This document shows, piece by piece, positions 13,826 to 26,031 of a stretch of DNA of 64,000 nt (position 1 is its first letter; each line of letters begins with the position of its first letter). A model generated the notes under the pieces. That model ran no database searches. It saw nothing but the letters and a program-made list of their open reading frames with translations, and was not told the DNA's origin. Source of the stretch: Antedon mediterranea (Eukaryota > Animalia > Echinodermata). The position numbers and the translations under genes were made by a program. Where the stretch lies: positions 12,820,795 through 12,884,794 of the forward strand of contig NC_092670.1 of the NCBI RefSeq assembly GCF_964355755.1, in the 5' to 3' direction.

Positions 13826-16800
13826 TTACTCTTGGTTAGTTTTCTTTTCCACTTCTTCATCCTTTTTTTCTGGTGAGTTTCTACGACAACTTTCTACATT
13901 AAAGCAAGCCAACTTTTCTTGAAGTGATTCCGGTAAAATCATTAGTATAAACCCACCAACAATTAACACAGTGCCACCAATTTTTATCCAACCAAACGCA
14001 TCATCTCTGAACACTAAATCAGCAACTGTAATGGAAACAAAATATTGTACAGTAGTATGTATGTGTAATACAAACAGGTGTTATGTATAATAAACTGTGT
14101 ATGTAAAAAAACACCAATATCATCATAGGAAAATGTAGAAGTTGGTATCACTAGGGCCAGGCCATGAAATTTTGATACTTGACATATCGGAGAGAAATCA
14201 TGAATAATTACTTATGGCATAAATTAGGACATTATAGAGGGAGCTATATATGCATAGATGCTATAGAAATAGATCGAATAGGTTGTACCAACAGTTTTCG
14301 GCAAGCCATATTGTGTGATGCAATTAAGATCAAGAGTTAAAATCAAACTTTTGGAACGTAATTAATAACAAACTCTGATAACAAACCTGCATTTAGTGGT
14401 ATACCAACCACAGTACCGAGAGCAATGAAGAGTGGGTATGTCAACGCAATTCCAAAGTTCACAAGGAAGTTAAACACTACAAAAGAGAAGAGAAAGTAGT
14501 TTCAAATTACAAACAAAATCAAATCGCAAACTTGCATTCCTCTGCGACTCTTATTCTTTCTATGTTTTGTACATGGTTATCAAATTAGTCCTATATGTAC
14601 CCGTATGTACACCTCTATTCCTTTAACATGTTCTTTTTGTTCGCTTTTTTTTTATTTGATAGTTTATAGTAATCTGAAAGGATGAATCCTATTGAGAGGA
14701 GTTCAACACCCTAATTGCATGCTTCGTCTCAGTGCTGTAGCCACACGAAATAAAGTGGTGCAGTTGACGCAAGAAAAGGGAACAACAATCTCTGTTCAAG
14801 CCACTGGGTTGTCAAAGGCCTTTGTGAAAAATAGGTCAGGTTGAAACCTTACCTACCGTTCTGGTTGAAACCTTACCTACCGTTCTGGTTGAAACCTTAC
14901 CTACCGTTCTGGTTGAAACCTTACCTACCATTCTGGTTGAAACCTTACCTACCGTTCTGGTTGAAACCTTACCTACCGTTCTGGATGATATAATTTTGTC
15001 CACCAGCATTTCAAGATGTATGACAACCAATAACTACTTACCGACAGACAGAGCTGCACTGCCGCACAGATAGTCCCATGGCATAGTGTCCCAAGACCAT
15101 GTTTCAACATCAGTGTAGTACAGGATGAGCATGATAGGCCAGAACAACACAAAGTCACAAAGACCAAGGACAGTAAGGAACAATGATACCTGTCCAGAAG
15201 TAGCATCCCCAACATACTTCTTAAACAGCACCTGAAAGATGATGAACAATACTTGCTTTTGTAACCCACAATTTTGTATGGTGGTCTCTAATGGTATACA
15301 TTGGAGTTATGTAATTGGGCAATGGGGGGAAGCACTTGTACATTATGAAATAAAGTGCTAAACTTAATGCAGTAGAATCCCTATTAAGGAGTTATCCTCG
15401 AAACCTAACAAAGTCTCCCCGTAAATAGGGGTTTCCCAAAGAAGGGTGTTCCGCTACAAATTAGGAGGTGGTTGTTAAAATACATTTGGGGTGTAACTAC
15501 CTAAAGAAGTGTGCTTATGAAAGGTCCATTATAAGATGTTGAAATAAATGGTGAAAATAATGGACAAGACAGCCACTTGGATGAGGCAAGTATTACCTGG
15601 GAAGGGTCAAATTGACTAACCTTGTAGACTGCAGCACCTATGGCGGACCCTATTGAAAGGAGAATCCCAAGCATCGTTGGACCACCAAATCCATCTGCAT
15701 ACGATATCAATACAATGCCTCCAGTTGACAAAACAACTGACAGACTCTGAAACATAAATATCCGAAATAATAGGAGCATCATTTTCAGAATGCATTTTAA
15801 AAGGGAAGCATTTGGGACCTACTGTATTATTTTTATAGGAACATTTAATCAAATTCCAGTTTTGTGCACGTTAGTGTAAACACGACAATAATTGAGTGTA
15901 AAGCCAAAAAATATTATTAATATTGAATAATGTTCCTATAAGAGGACCCCTTCAGGACCCCTATTAAGAGAAACTTTTAGGACCTCAACAAAATGTCTCT
16001 TGCCTACTTAAAGTACACCTTCAGGACCTTAAAGTATTTAAAGGGGTACTACTGTAGCTACATTGTATACACCTAAGCTGTTATTGTCCAGCCTCTATGT
16101 TCCACTCAATGACTTACCCTTACTGGAAGGAGTGACAGTTTTTCTTCAAGCCACACCCATGACAGTATGTATATGAAAGCAGTGTTAGAAGCAAAAAGAG
16201 CTGTAACATCTGCAGCTGCAATCACTCCCAAAGCCCGCACATACATGTAGTTGGTGATGCCCCAGCAGATGGCGAATGGTAAGGTCAGCTTTAAGCCTGT
16301 CACAATGGTGAGACCTCGACTGCCATAAACTGCCTGATCTTCACTGAAATATAACCAAATATAATAAGAAATATCTATAAATGGAAAGTGAAAAATAACA
16401 AGATGATAATGGACCATGTCAAAATTATTCTAATGCAGTTACTACAATTTAGGAGTATCAGTCACTGGTCACTTACAAGCTTGTATAAAAAACTCTAGAT
16501 CTCCTCAAAACAAATCAGTCTGCCTTTGTATTTACTCTTTTACTCAAACCTAAACTTATTTTCTGGGTAATCATACAATGACTGCCTCTTCTACTTATTC
16601 TTGAAAGAAAGTAAAATCATGTTACAACTTACAACATAACCGGCCAAAAAGTGTTTTTTTTTTTAAATAAGTACAAACCGTGATGACGAATCCAGGAAGT
16701 TCAAATAGGGTGGGGGATCCTCTTCCCCTATGAATCGGCCTATGCCCAGATAAGATTACACAGGTAATATTTGTCTGGGGCTCGTATAATACCTTTAATT

Positions 16801-18004
16801 CAAGTACTTACTTATAGACAGCTTTCAACCCAGCACGACGTTTATCTTTGGAGAGTAGCACAACTCCAAGTAGGTAGCCTGGATAACAAACTAACATCCA
16901 CGTAGTTGAAAACCAGATTGTAAAAAACGGCGCGTCGAACGTATCCGAGTACGTACTCTTGGTAAACTGTGTAGAGCCGACCCACGACACGCCAATTCCT
17001 ATCACGACAATGAACCCCAAGAGAGTCTTCTGTACACTGGAAGCACCATCGGGAATGACATCCGGCTCCTCTGGTTCAACTAACTGTACATCCACTAAAT
17101 TATTATAAGAAAAAAATAGAACTATGATACAGATCTGGGAAATGCTAGGCTTTGAAATTAGGGGTTAATTAGCCAATTTCATACTCATGTGGGTTTCCTG
17201 AAAGTCCTGATGAGGGATGACTTAAATCAAACATTAAATGGACATTAGTTTAATACACATGCATGACTGTCATTTTATTATCTTGAATTTATGTTAACAT
17301 TTGATTTGCATAGATTTGTTAATATAACATTTGACCAGGGAGTTGTAAAATAATTATTTTACAACTCCCTGATTTGACATACCCATACTGCATGCATGTA
17401 GGCCTAGGAAGTGTCCTATACTATGGATCATTTATAATAGAATGGTATGAATCGAGTACACTTACTTTTTCAATGGAATGCATGCAATACAATAATAATA
17501 AGACTTGGTTGAAATGATGGTGAACATGAAATTAGTAATGTTGAACTGCAAAAATAATGATTTTAATTTATTAAAACCTTAGCAAGAGAATATACTTGTT
17601 AAGCGCCCACCTCTGAATAAATTTAAGGGGAGAGAGGGGGATTTTTTTTCAATTAATATTATTTTACTATATTTTTATTAGGTCAACAACGTTGATTTAT
17701 GCTAGTATCACTAATATCAGTTTATTAGAATTTTGTTTTTAGAGGTGACTTGAAAATCAGGGGAGATGGGACACTACTCAATATAACAAGTATATTTTGT
17801 TTGCCCTTAGTGTTGCAATTGATTGACATGGCAATTATACAAAAATGTCAAAAACCTAATCAAAAACAAATAAATCATAAATTGTATCGTCATTGAAACA
17901 CTATTTATACCTTTTCCATGATCATTGGAGAAGCTTTTGCTTGTTGGCTGTGACATGTTTGTATCTAGGCCTACCTCTGCAGTGACAGTATATTTAGCGC
18001 TCAT
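13826..18004 (-). CDS. SLC35F3: SLC35F3/F4-like DMT-superfamily transporter (putative thiamine transporter family), ~402 aa
   Basis: Exons 18004-17911, 17094-16812, 16343-16118, 15746-15621, 15231-15042, 14476-14387, 14025-13826, all GT-AG and in phase. Motifs SWVGSTQF, APFFTIWFST, NYMYVRAL, DVTALFASNTAF and FNFLVNFGIALTYP are typical of SLC35F3/F4. Likely co-orthologue of F3 and F4. Confidence 0.9.
14838..14983. repeat. 24-bp intronic tandem repeat GGTTGAAACCTTACCTACCGTTCT, ~6 copies
   Basis: Direct reading; explains the SSRTVGKV-repeat ORF. Confidence 0.95.
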
Positions 18005-18779
18005 TTTTTCTCTTTATCTTGTGCCTCTTAGTCAGTCAGTCTATATTAAAAATGCAAGTCACCGAGTCCAAAAACAAAATATATGTCTCGTCCTCAATGG
18101 GTTAGTCTCGTCCTAAAATAATATTAAATACTGTATAAGATAACTACATTTTGATATTGAATTTGAAAGAATATTTAGTATAGTATTACCCATTACTGGC
18201 CATGTATATGTTTGCCCATTTGAAAAATCCTGAAACCTTTCAAAAAAGGCCTACTAATAATATAAGCACACATGTCCTGCTTATGATTAACACTTCTTTA
18301 TCAAAGGGTGGACTAGTCTATACTCACTAGCACTAGGCCTAGGGTCTAGGCTTGATAACTGTTGTAGGCTAGCCTATTCTGTGCTAGACTAGCCTAGTTC
18401 TACAATACCATTACTTGAGTCCTTTCTATAGGCCTAGTTATAGGATATCACTCTAACTAGCCTAGACGAGGCCTTGCTTATCTACTAAAACAGTACTACT
18501 ACACTTAAGGCCTACTACTAGCTAGGCCTCATCATGCCACTACTACAAGCTAGGCCTAGAGTCTGAGACACGCACATTTGCTTCAAAGTTCACTCTGTGA
18601 GACAGCCGAGATATTATTAAATTATTACTATTAGCTTACATTCTAGCTAGGACCTGTGTTACTTTGAAAGAAGTATACAAGAACAATATCACGGGAATGC
18701 CATGATTACACCATTACACTATATCGCAAAAAAATAAACATAGCTTCCGAGGTTCGTATTCCACCACACATTAAACAAA

Positions 18780-18890
18780 CAGGAGGCACGTGCTCTCCGG
18801 CTGATTAACATGGTTGAATGCGTGCGACGTGGTCGATCCACCTGGTGATTATCTAATTTGCATAAAATATACAAACTACAATCCCACCCA
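18780..18890 (-). promoter_or_regulatory. Probable SLC35F promoter
   Basis: E-box CACGTG (~18787), octamer ATTTGCAT (~18856) and ACTACAATCCCA ZNF143/THAP11-type motif (18875-18886). A minus-strand donor lies at ~18639, with a TAGGCCTA patch at 18300-18650 downstream. Confidence 0.5.
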
Positions 18891-19270
18891 ATTTGTTATT
18901 TCTTGAAAATCTTTTTTTTTAAGACTGGTAATTCTTTTTTAATATTTGTTATTTCTGCATAATAATTGGCGGTTAAACTGTAAATAAATAATTGAAAACA
19001 ACACAAATAAAACTTCGAAAAAAAGTGTACAACAATACGACCTTTATTTATATTAACTTTTTAATGAAGCTACGTCTCACCAGAACGTAAAATGGTATGA
19101 TAGCATGGGAAGATTACTCTTCCAAGCATCAGTTGCAGGGTAGGCTATACAATGTTATCACCACCAGTTTCCATTTTGTTCCATTAAATATTGTTATTCG
19201 ACCCTTGTGCACTGATTATATCACTAAACGGTAGAAGCCATTTCACTCACTCAAAGATTGATCGTTCCAT

Positions 19271-19400
19271 ATTTTTAGTCGCGTGTGCATGCAACGTGAC
19301 TCTACAGCTCACTATGTCGGTCGGTTGGTCGGTAAACACTAACTTGAGCACTAACTCGGCACTAACGCGGCTCCAATATATATATATTTACCCTTGGTTT
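19271..19400 (+). mobile_element. DINE/HINE-like non-autonomous Helentron fragment (second copy 46337-46425, minus strand)
   Basis: TTTTTAGTCGCGTG..CGTGACTCTACAGCTCACTATGTCGGTCGGTTGGTCGGTAAACACTAACT: sub-terminal inverted repeat plus GTCG microsatellite. The reverse complement is present at ~46385-46420. Confidence 0.55.
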
Positions 19401-20004
19401 AGTACGTGCACTGTGTAATGAGATAACAATTCATTGTTGTACCTCACACCCGAAAAAATCACATTTATATATTTAAATTGAACAGATAAAGAAACACAAT
19501 GTTGGCTTAAATTGAAAAAGTAATGACCATGCGTGATAGAAAATCTCCCACCTCTGCAAACACCTCACAAGCAGCATACAATCGTCGCCCGGAGCCTGCA
19601 ATTATTTCACCCGCAGAGAGCGAAAGCTAGTACTTAATTGCTTGTAGTCAAACAATAAACTTTCGCATCTTTCAAGCAATTAAGCGTGACGGATAGGAAA
19701 AATTGCTTTAAAAAAAAATACGAATAGCTGCTAAAATTAGGCTCATGCATCATTATTCATAATCTATTCCTTTAATTTATCCTACATTAGGCCTAATGTA
19801 TTGAAATTAATGCCTTCATATGAGTTTCCGTACCTAGCGCACGTTGTCGGAAATTTTCTGTCAATATTTATCAATTTTTTTATATGATATAATGTCTACA
19901 TAGGAATATTAATATAATATTATATTATTATTATTATTTCGGAAATTGCAATGGAAAAGACAGGGTTGGCTCTTCCATTCCACCATTTTTATAGTGTCTC
20001 CATT

Positions 20005-20118
20005 AGTCTGGGTTCCAGACGGAGTTTTGTCTTAATATTAGTGAAAAGATAAATATTTTGGCACATATGGCGTTTCATACGTATACTACTTGATTTTGGA
20101 TACTCCGTCTGGGGAAAC
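20005..20118. mobile_element. Short MITE-like element (partial copy at 27094-27170)
   Basis: Inverted ends CCAGACGGAGT...ACTCCGTCTGG; ~75 nt of internal sequence repeated at 27094-27170. Confidence 0.6.
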
Positions 20119-20877
20119 ACGCACAAGTCACGTGGTTTGACACCAAGAATTCTTGGTGCATACGATTATCCGGTTGACTAGTTTCAGCTGCATGCGATTG
20201 GCTACTCTCTCGTACACCGTTTAAATATTCATATTTAAGAATTTCAAAGACTCAACAAATAAGATGATGCGCATGCCTAGTAGTCTGGTAAACATTTGAT
20301 GGGATCTTTGAAACATGAAAACTCGTCTTGATATATGATAGGCTAGCTTCTCCGCAAATCAAACATTGAATGGATCATTTATTACGCGGAGATAATTTTG
20401 ATTTAATTCCCACCCAGACCCTGTCCTGTTCTGTGTGGTGGTGTAGCCCTGTTGTGTGCCGGTGGTATGTAGGCCTACTTCATTGGCGTTTTATTTGGCA
20501 GGTCATACGTGCGAGTTGAGTAGGACCTACGAAAGAGGCAAGGCCAAGGACTAAACAATTAATAAACAAAACAACTTGGCATTACTATTTTATATTTCAA
20601 CAGTCTCGATCGTACATTAAGCACTGGTAGGCCTACGTACTCGATCTCTTTCATTTTGAAACAAAATGATCATTGGTTGATTCGAAATCCATATTTACAT
20701 ACCGCCCGCCCCATATAGCCAAATACGGTATGATAACCTACGTCATTCTTATCGTATGTTTGCGGTCTGCAAATCGATTTCTATACGTGTTTCACAAGTC
20801 TGTATTTTCAGAAAAAAATCGCGGTCGAAATAAAAACAAATAAAGATAAAAAAAGATAATACAGACTTGGGGCAAGT

Positions 20878-23498
20878 CTATGTCTCCATTAGAAGAGGAA
20901 TGTTTTCGTTAAATTCTGAATTAGATGACTCTGTTGTTTCCTCCGTTTTACCAAAATTCCACTGAATAAATCTGTAAGAGAAACAAATATAGTCATAATC
21001 TAGAGGATAATGCATAATATATTTATGTAGTAGGCCTAATAAATTATATTCTTAACCTAATAACTCCTTTGATAGACCATTTATAATTGCAAACACAAGA
21101 AAATTTATTTCTGTATAGGCCCACATGCCTTTGGCAATTTTTGTACATTATGTTAACTACTGAATACAAAAAACATTCTCTTTATTTTAGGAGAATACTT
21201 ACATTACCACAAGCATATTCAACAATGATCCAATAAACATTATATAGAATATTAAACTTGGCTGGCTTTCAACACTAGCCGCATAAGTGACACCAACCCA
21301 AATAGGTCCCAGCAAGAATCCAATATTGTCAAGTGCACCAGCCTGGGCAAATACGGCTCCTAGTTACATAAAAATGATAACATTAATTAATTTGTTTGAA
21401 TGTTGTGTAGTAGGCCTATTTTTTAGTGAAATATTATGCTTATGATGTGATGATATTTGTGAATACAAATGATGTTTAGACCTACACCACAAAAGAGAAA
21501 AAAAAAACTGTTGAAAATCTGCCAACGTTTAGAACCAGTTTCGACTGAAAACAAATCTATAGGCCTATACTTGCGTTTATTCGTTTCGATGGCTCTTTGC
21601 CAAATCAGAAATTAAAAACTTAACTTTGACGATTCCAATCTGTTTTTCTACAAAAACATTCGGCTGCATTTAGACTAACCTTGTTCGTTTTGTTCTACCA
21701 GTTTCGACAAACGTGCCTCTACGATTGCCTTTGGTAAGACTGCTAAAACTGCCAATGGTATTGCTAAATAAAAATTACAATTAAAGTTAGGCTTTAGTAT
21801 AGAAAAATAATGTTCAAACAATTTAGGCCCATACCACGCATGATTTAATAGACGAAATATTTCACTTCTTACCGTAGGCATATTCTGGCAGCTTAGTTTT
21901 TAAATGTGTGTTCACATAACATTCGATTTAGATGTTATATTATATACATTATAATGAAAAACAAAATATTCTATCATCACACTTACATAAGTACACTAAG
22001 GTGTCAGAGGTCACGGCGATGACTATTGATGATGCCATTGCTGATATAGACCCAATATAGAAAAGGGTGTAATCGTTTGTTTTAAACAACTTTTGCAATA
22101 ATTTGGTAATACACAACATTCCTGAAAAATAAAACAGCAATTATTATTCCTATGTACCAGGCACAGAAACGTCATTATTCTATTAAGCTCTGTCTATACA
22201 CTATTAAACTAGTTTGACAACAAAAATTGTGATGTGTCCAAAAATAAAGTTTGATAGTGTAGACAGAGCTTAAGTCTGGTCCTTTTGCAGTAATTTTCGT
22301 CTCTAGTGATATCAATTCAAAATTCAATCTATTTCTAAAGAAAACACAATTGTAACCAATTCTGTTATACCAGAAACCTAAGTTACCGCACTGAAAAATA
22401 ATAATATATTTAGCAGATCAAGATCCTAACAGTATATATGACTGACAAAATGGGTCTACATGTCAAAGGTCATGTTTTTAAGCTGCATAAAAATGTAGGG
22501 AAAGCGCAACAACAGGATTTGAACCTGTCATGATTTACGCATGAAAACATTACCTCATTTAGTTTAAAGTATTTTAATAAACATAATTTGTATCAATTAG
22601 AGAAATACTTACCTACGGTGTTGGATAGAAAATAGGATGATGTGAAGTAGCCGGCGCCGCTAGTTGACATATTCAAAGGTGGACCGATAGCATACAGTTG
22701 AAGTCCATGAAACAATGCATTTACCATCGAAGAGTTTAAGATACGAACAAACATCCACAGTAACATTATCTTTCGACGATTATTTGTATTATTTAATATT
22801 ACATTTATCATATCAGCTACTACATTCTTGAAAGAATATTTCTTTGTTAATACCGTCGTGTCAATAGACTCTTCTATCATGAAAACGATGTAGAAAATAG
22901 AAAAAACTAATAGGACTGTTATAAATATAAAAGGCTCAATAAATCCATTATTGTCTATCCAAACGGAAAAAACTAACTGTCCAAGTGCAATACCCAAAAA
23001 GTTGACGCCAAGCAGTACGGACATTCGAAAGGTAAAGTTTGCTGTGTTCGAGATATCGCTAAGATACGAACCAACACCAGATCGGAGTAGGATTGTATTA
23101 CCGGTAAGTCCAATTGAAAGATTACCAATAAGTAGATATTCGATTGGTAATCGATACACTAAAACAATAGTGAAACTGATCGACGTTACAAGCATCCCTA
23201 CCGTCGGTAAAATCATTGTAATCTTCCTGCCGATACAATCACTCCATGTTGAGATGTATAAAATAACAAAAACCGCCGGAAGAGATTGACATATCAGAAA
23301 TATTGTTGTCCAATTTGCTAAAAGTATCTGGGCGCTACTTACTTCCACGTCTCTATTACTCGAATTAAGTTGCAGTTGAAGAATATACTCCGTGAACACC
23401 ACTCCTTGTATGGAGAGAAGGGCGAACGCCAGGTAAATTACCAGAACAGAAATTTCTGTCAGTCCGCTGATTTTTTTAAGTAGGCCTAGGGAAGACAT
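20878..23498 (-). CDS. SLC46-family (PCFT/SLC46A3-like) MFS transporter, ~451 aa
   Basis: Exons 23498-22613, 22121-21987, 21763-21680, 21359-21203, 20971-20878, in phase. Motifs WSDCIGRK, YLSDIS...FRM and LSKLVEQNEQGAVFA. C-terminal ENIPLL fits a [DE]XXXL[LI] lysosomal sorting signal. Confidence 0.85.
22186..22270. mobile_element. MITE with TIR AGCTCTGTCTACACTATCAAACT (PIF/Harbinger-like)
   Basis: Inverted termini flanked by TTA/TAA-type trinucleotides. Other copies at ~28330-28630, 34899-35052, 44066-44183, 44359-44484, 52273-52426, 55903-56045 and 62747-62911. Confidence 0.75.
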
Positions 23499-24474
23499 AA
23501 TAATGGTATTCGGCTTGTCGTCAGTAAATGACAGCCATTCTAATTCGACTAAAGATGAATAGGTCTACTACCAGTGCTTATTATTTATGATTATAGTCTC
23601 ATAAACCTATAGGCACGGTTCCACAAAGAGTACCAGCGTTTAGTGTATCAGGGCTACATCCATAATCAGAAAATATGGGATGTTTCATAAGGGTACCTCA
23701 AGGAAACATTAAGTAAACGTTTGCAACTGTTTCAGGCATGCTCGGGAAAAAAACTGATGAGCACCACATTTAAAGGCTATTTTCACAAGATCAATCTACC
23801 TCTGTATTACAATGTTATAGAAAATACTTACAAGGTAACAAATTATTATTACAAGGTAACAAATGCAATAGGCCTAATAGTTAACATTGAAAAAAAACTC
23901 AATATAATTTTATTATTATATAATATAAACCCGGATAGAAGATACCATCCATTCTATACACTCTATTTCTGGAATGATAATAAACACATTTGGCAAATGA
24001 AAATATTTAGATAATAAATGATATAGATCGTTTAATTTTCCTACTCTACCGTTTCGAAGCCCTATTAATTTCAGTCGGACAATGATGAAAGTCCACGAGG
24101 ACGGAACACACTACAATAGAATTTTAAGAACTATTGTATCTTCCAAAGGTTAGTGCTAATTCCAGCAACGACTTTCCGCGTTTTCTTTAAATAAGACATA
24201 ATTTGGATATTTTACAAGGAATTTCAAATCAGCGGAACTATTGCCAATGACTATTATTATTGCTAGTACAAATCATACCATTATTAAATAAATAGATGTT
24301 TCATTACAAAATGCTTGCCAAGAAAATGTAACTCTTATACATTGAAGTAAGTTTATGTAACGAATTGAAATTAAATTCTTTCTGCTAGTCTCTTTTCATT
24401 TCATTTTAAAATGATATAAAAATGATGTGAATGATAATAAAGAAGCAAATGTCTAAAAATATACCATGTTGTTA

Positions 24475-24692
24475 AGCCAAGGCAATTTAATCAAGGCACT
24501 GAGCTCGCTTTGCCAAGATAGGAACTCGTAAGAACAGCCCTTTGATCTTATGTCTGGCTGCGACAAATACCAACAGACGTACAATGTACATATTCTCCTT
24601 CTCCTTGTCTGCAAGGGGCGTGGAACTGATCGTGTCGCAGCCACAGATAAACCCTTTGATAACCGGAGCCCAGCATCCTGTTGTTAGATTGC
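24475..24692. mobile_element. Fold-back (MITE-like) element, copy 2, in the fucosyltransferase 3' UTR
   Basis: Imperfect terminal inverted repeats GCAAT.TAA..AGG..CTG.GCTC and a perfect internal inverted repeat TGGCTGCGACA/TGTCGCAGCCA. Confidence 0.75.
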
Positions 24693-24699
24693 ATCCAGA

Positions 24700-26031
24700 C
24701 TATTTCCCACTATGTCTTTTTGTAGGCTTGAATGGATATCGATTCTTCGAAGATGGTTTGCATTTTTTATTCCACCATTCTCCATTAATATTATGGTCTT
24801 GTTTTGGAGGTTTAACGTCAAGTAAAGAGCATATTCGCGATGGCGAGAAGTTATCGTTTTCTTTAACCACACGACCCATTTTTTTCCAATCAAAGAATGC
24901 ATTATACATCTCCACATCATTTTCAATTAGATTAATATATTTAACAAAATCTTTCAAAGTATCAAAATCCGAAATATGAATAAATGAATTTGGTGGTGCT
25001 ACTTTTTCATAATCCTTTCTTGAAGGTCCATATACAATAGGGACAACATTTAAATCGTACAAGAAGGGCCATTCCCAAAACTTTTCTGTAATATAATCAT
25101 TACATTCACTGTTTTCAAGAGCAAGGAAAAATTTGTAATTTTTTAGAGCTTGACACACCTGGTTCCAACTGGTACAAGTTAGATTGCCACAATGTCCATA
25201 TATATCAATTGGCAACTGTGTCTGAAGATATTTTACAAATTCGAATCGGTTATACGTCGAGCTTACGCAATTGTGCGCGATCCATGCCATTAGTTTTGTT
25301 TTACCGCGTAACCAGTTTTTGCCCGTTGCCACATTATTCGTTTGAGGATGTTCGAAAGGTATATATCGACCGTAAGGTACGTGTATGTCCGACTCAAAGC
25401 TGTATGACATAGTCAGGTTAAAATGAAACCAACTCGGTGGAGCTTTGACCATTCCTAACAATCGAGTCGGGCTCTCCCACGTCTGCCAAATCCAAATTTG
25501 AGCCGGTGATCGATTCTTCTGAAATAACTTATATTCTTGGTTACGAGTATGAAAACTTGCGTGGAATATCACAATATCAGCGTTGGCCAATTTAGACACA
25601 TTTTCAGAATATGTTATGTATACAGAACATTCTAAATCTGAGCAATTTACTTGTCCTTCGTTACCGCCATAAGCAAAGTGTTTACGCGCAATTTCTGGAA
25701 TCCACCATATCAAGACTGTTTTCATACAACGTGGTACGTTCGGCTGAGATAACTGCTTGACCAATGTGGTTTCAAATCCCACTGATTGTGTGATAGGGTT
25801 CGAATCAGACGAAATCTTTCGAGATAATCCTGTGTCAATAGATTTTCCATCCAGTGATACATTCGTTATACAACCGGCATTATTGTTCAAATTGAGTAGT
25901 ACGTTTGTTTTGGAACTATATCTTATCGTTGGCATCGTATAGAACATTCTGTTATAGTACACAATAATTGATAGTAAACAAAGTGTAATTACAAAAAGGA
26001 AGCGTTTGCTGTACATCTTGTTGGTAAGCAT
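24700..26031 (-). CDS. Alpha-1,3-fucosyltransferase (GT10), single coding exon, 443 aa
   Basis: Type-II N-terminal TM. Motifs ADIVIFH, WESP, FNLTMSY..SD...PYG, and the alpha-1,3 FucT motif YKFFLALENSECNDYITEKFW followed by VPIVYGP...APPNSFIH. Confidence 0.95.
   Translation of the reverse strand: MLTNKMYSKRFLFVITLCLLSIIVYYNRMFYTMPTIRYSSKTNVLLNLNNNAGCITNVSLDGKSIDTGLSRKISSDSNPITQSVGFETTLVKQLSQPNVPRCMKTVLIWWIPEIARKHFAYGGNEGQVNCSDLECSVYITYSENVSKLANADIVIFHASFHTRNQEYKLFQKNRSPAQIWIWQTWESPTRLLGMVKAPPSWFHFNLTMSYSFESDIHVPYGRYIPFEHPQTNNVATGKNWLRGKTKLMAWIAHNCVSSTYNRFEFVKYLQTQLPIDIYGHCGNLTCTSWNQVCQALKNYKFFLALENSECNDYITEKFWEWPFLYDLNVVPIVYGPSRKDYEKVAPPNSFIHISDFDTLKDFVKYINLIENDVEMYNAFFDWKKMGRVVKENDNFSPSRICSLLDVKPPKQDHNINGEWWNKKCKPSSKNRYPFKPTKRHSGK

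Noticed and set aside
18850-18890. snRNA-type distal element (octamer plus Staf-like site) implying an snRNA gene
   Set aside because: No recognisable snRNA sequence nearby; the motifs fit the SLC35F promoter.
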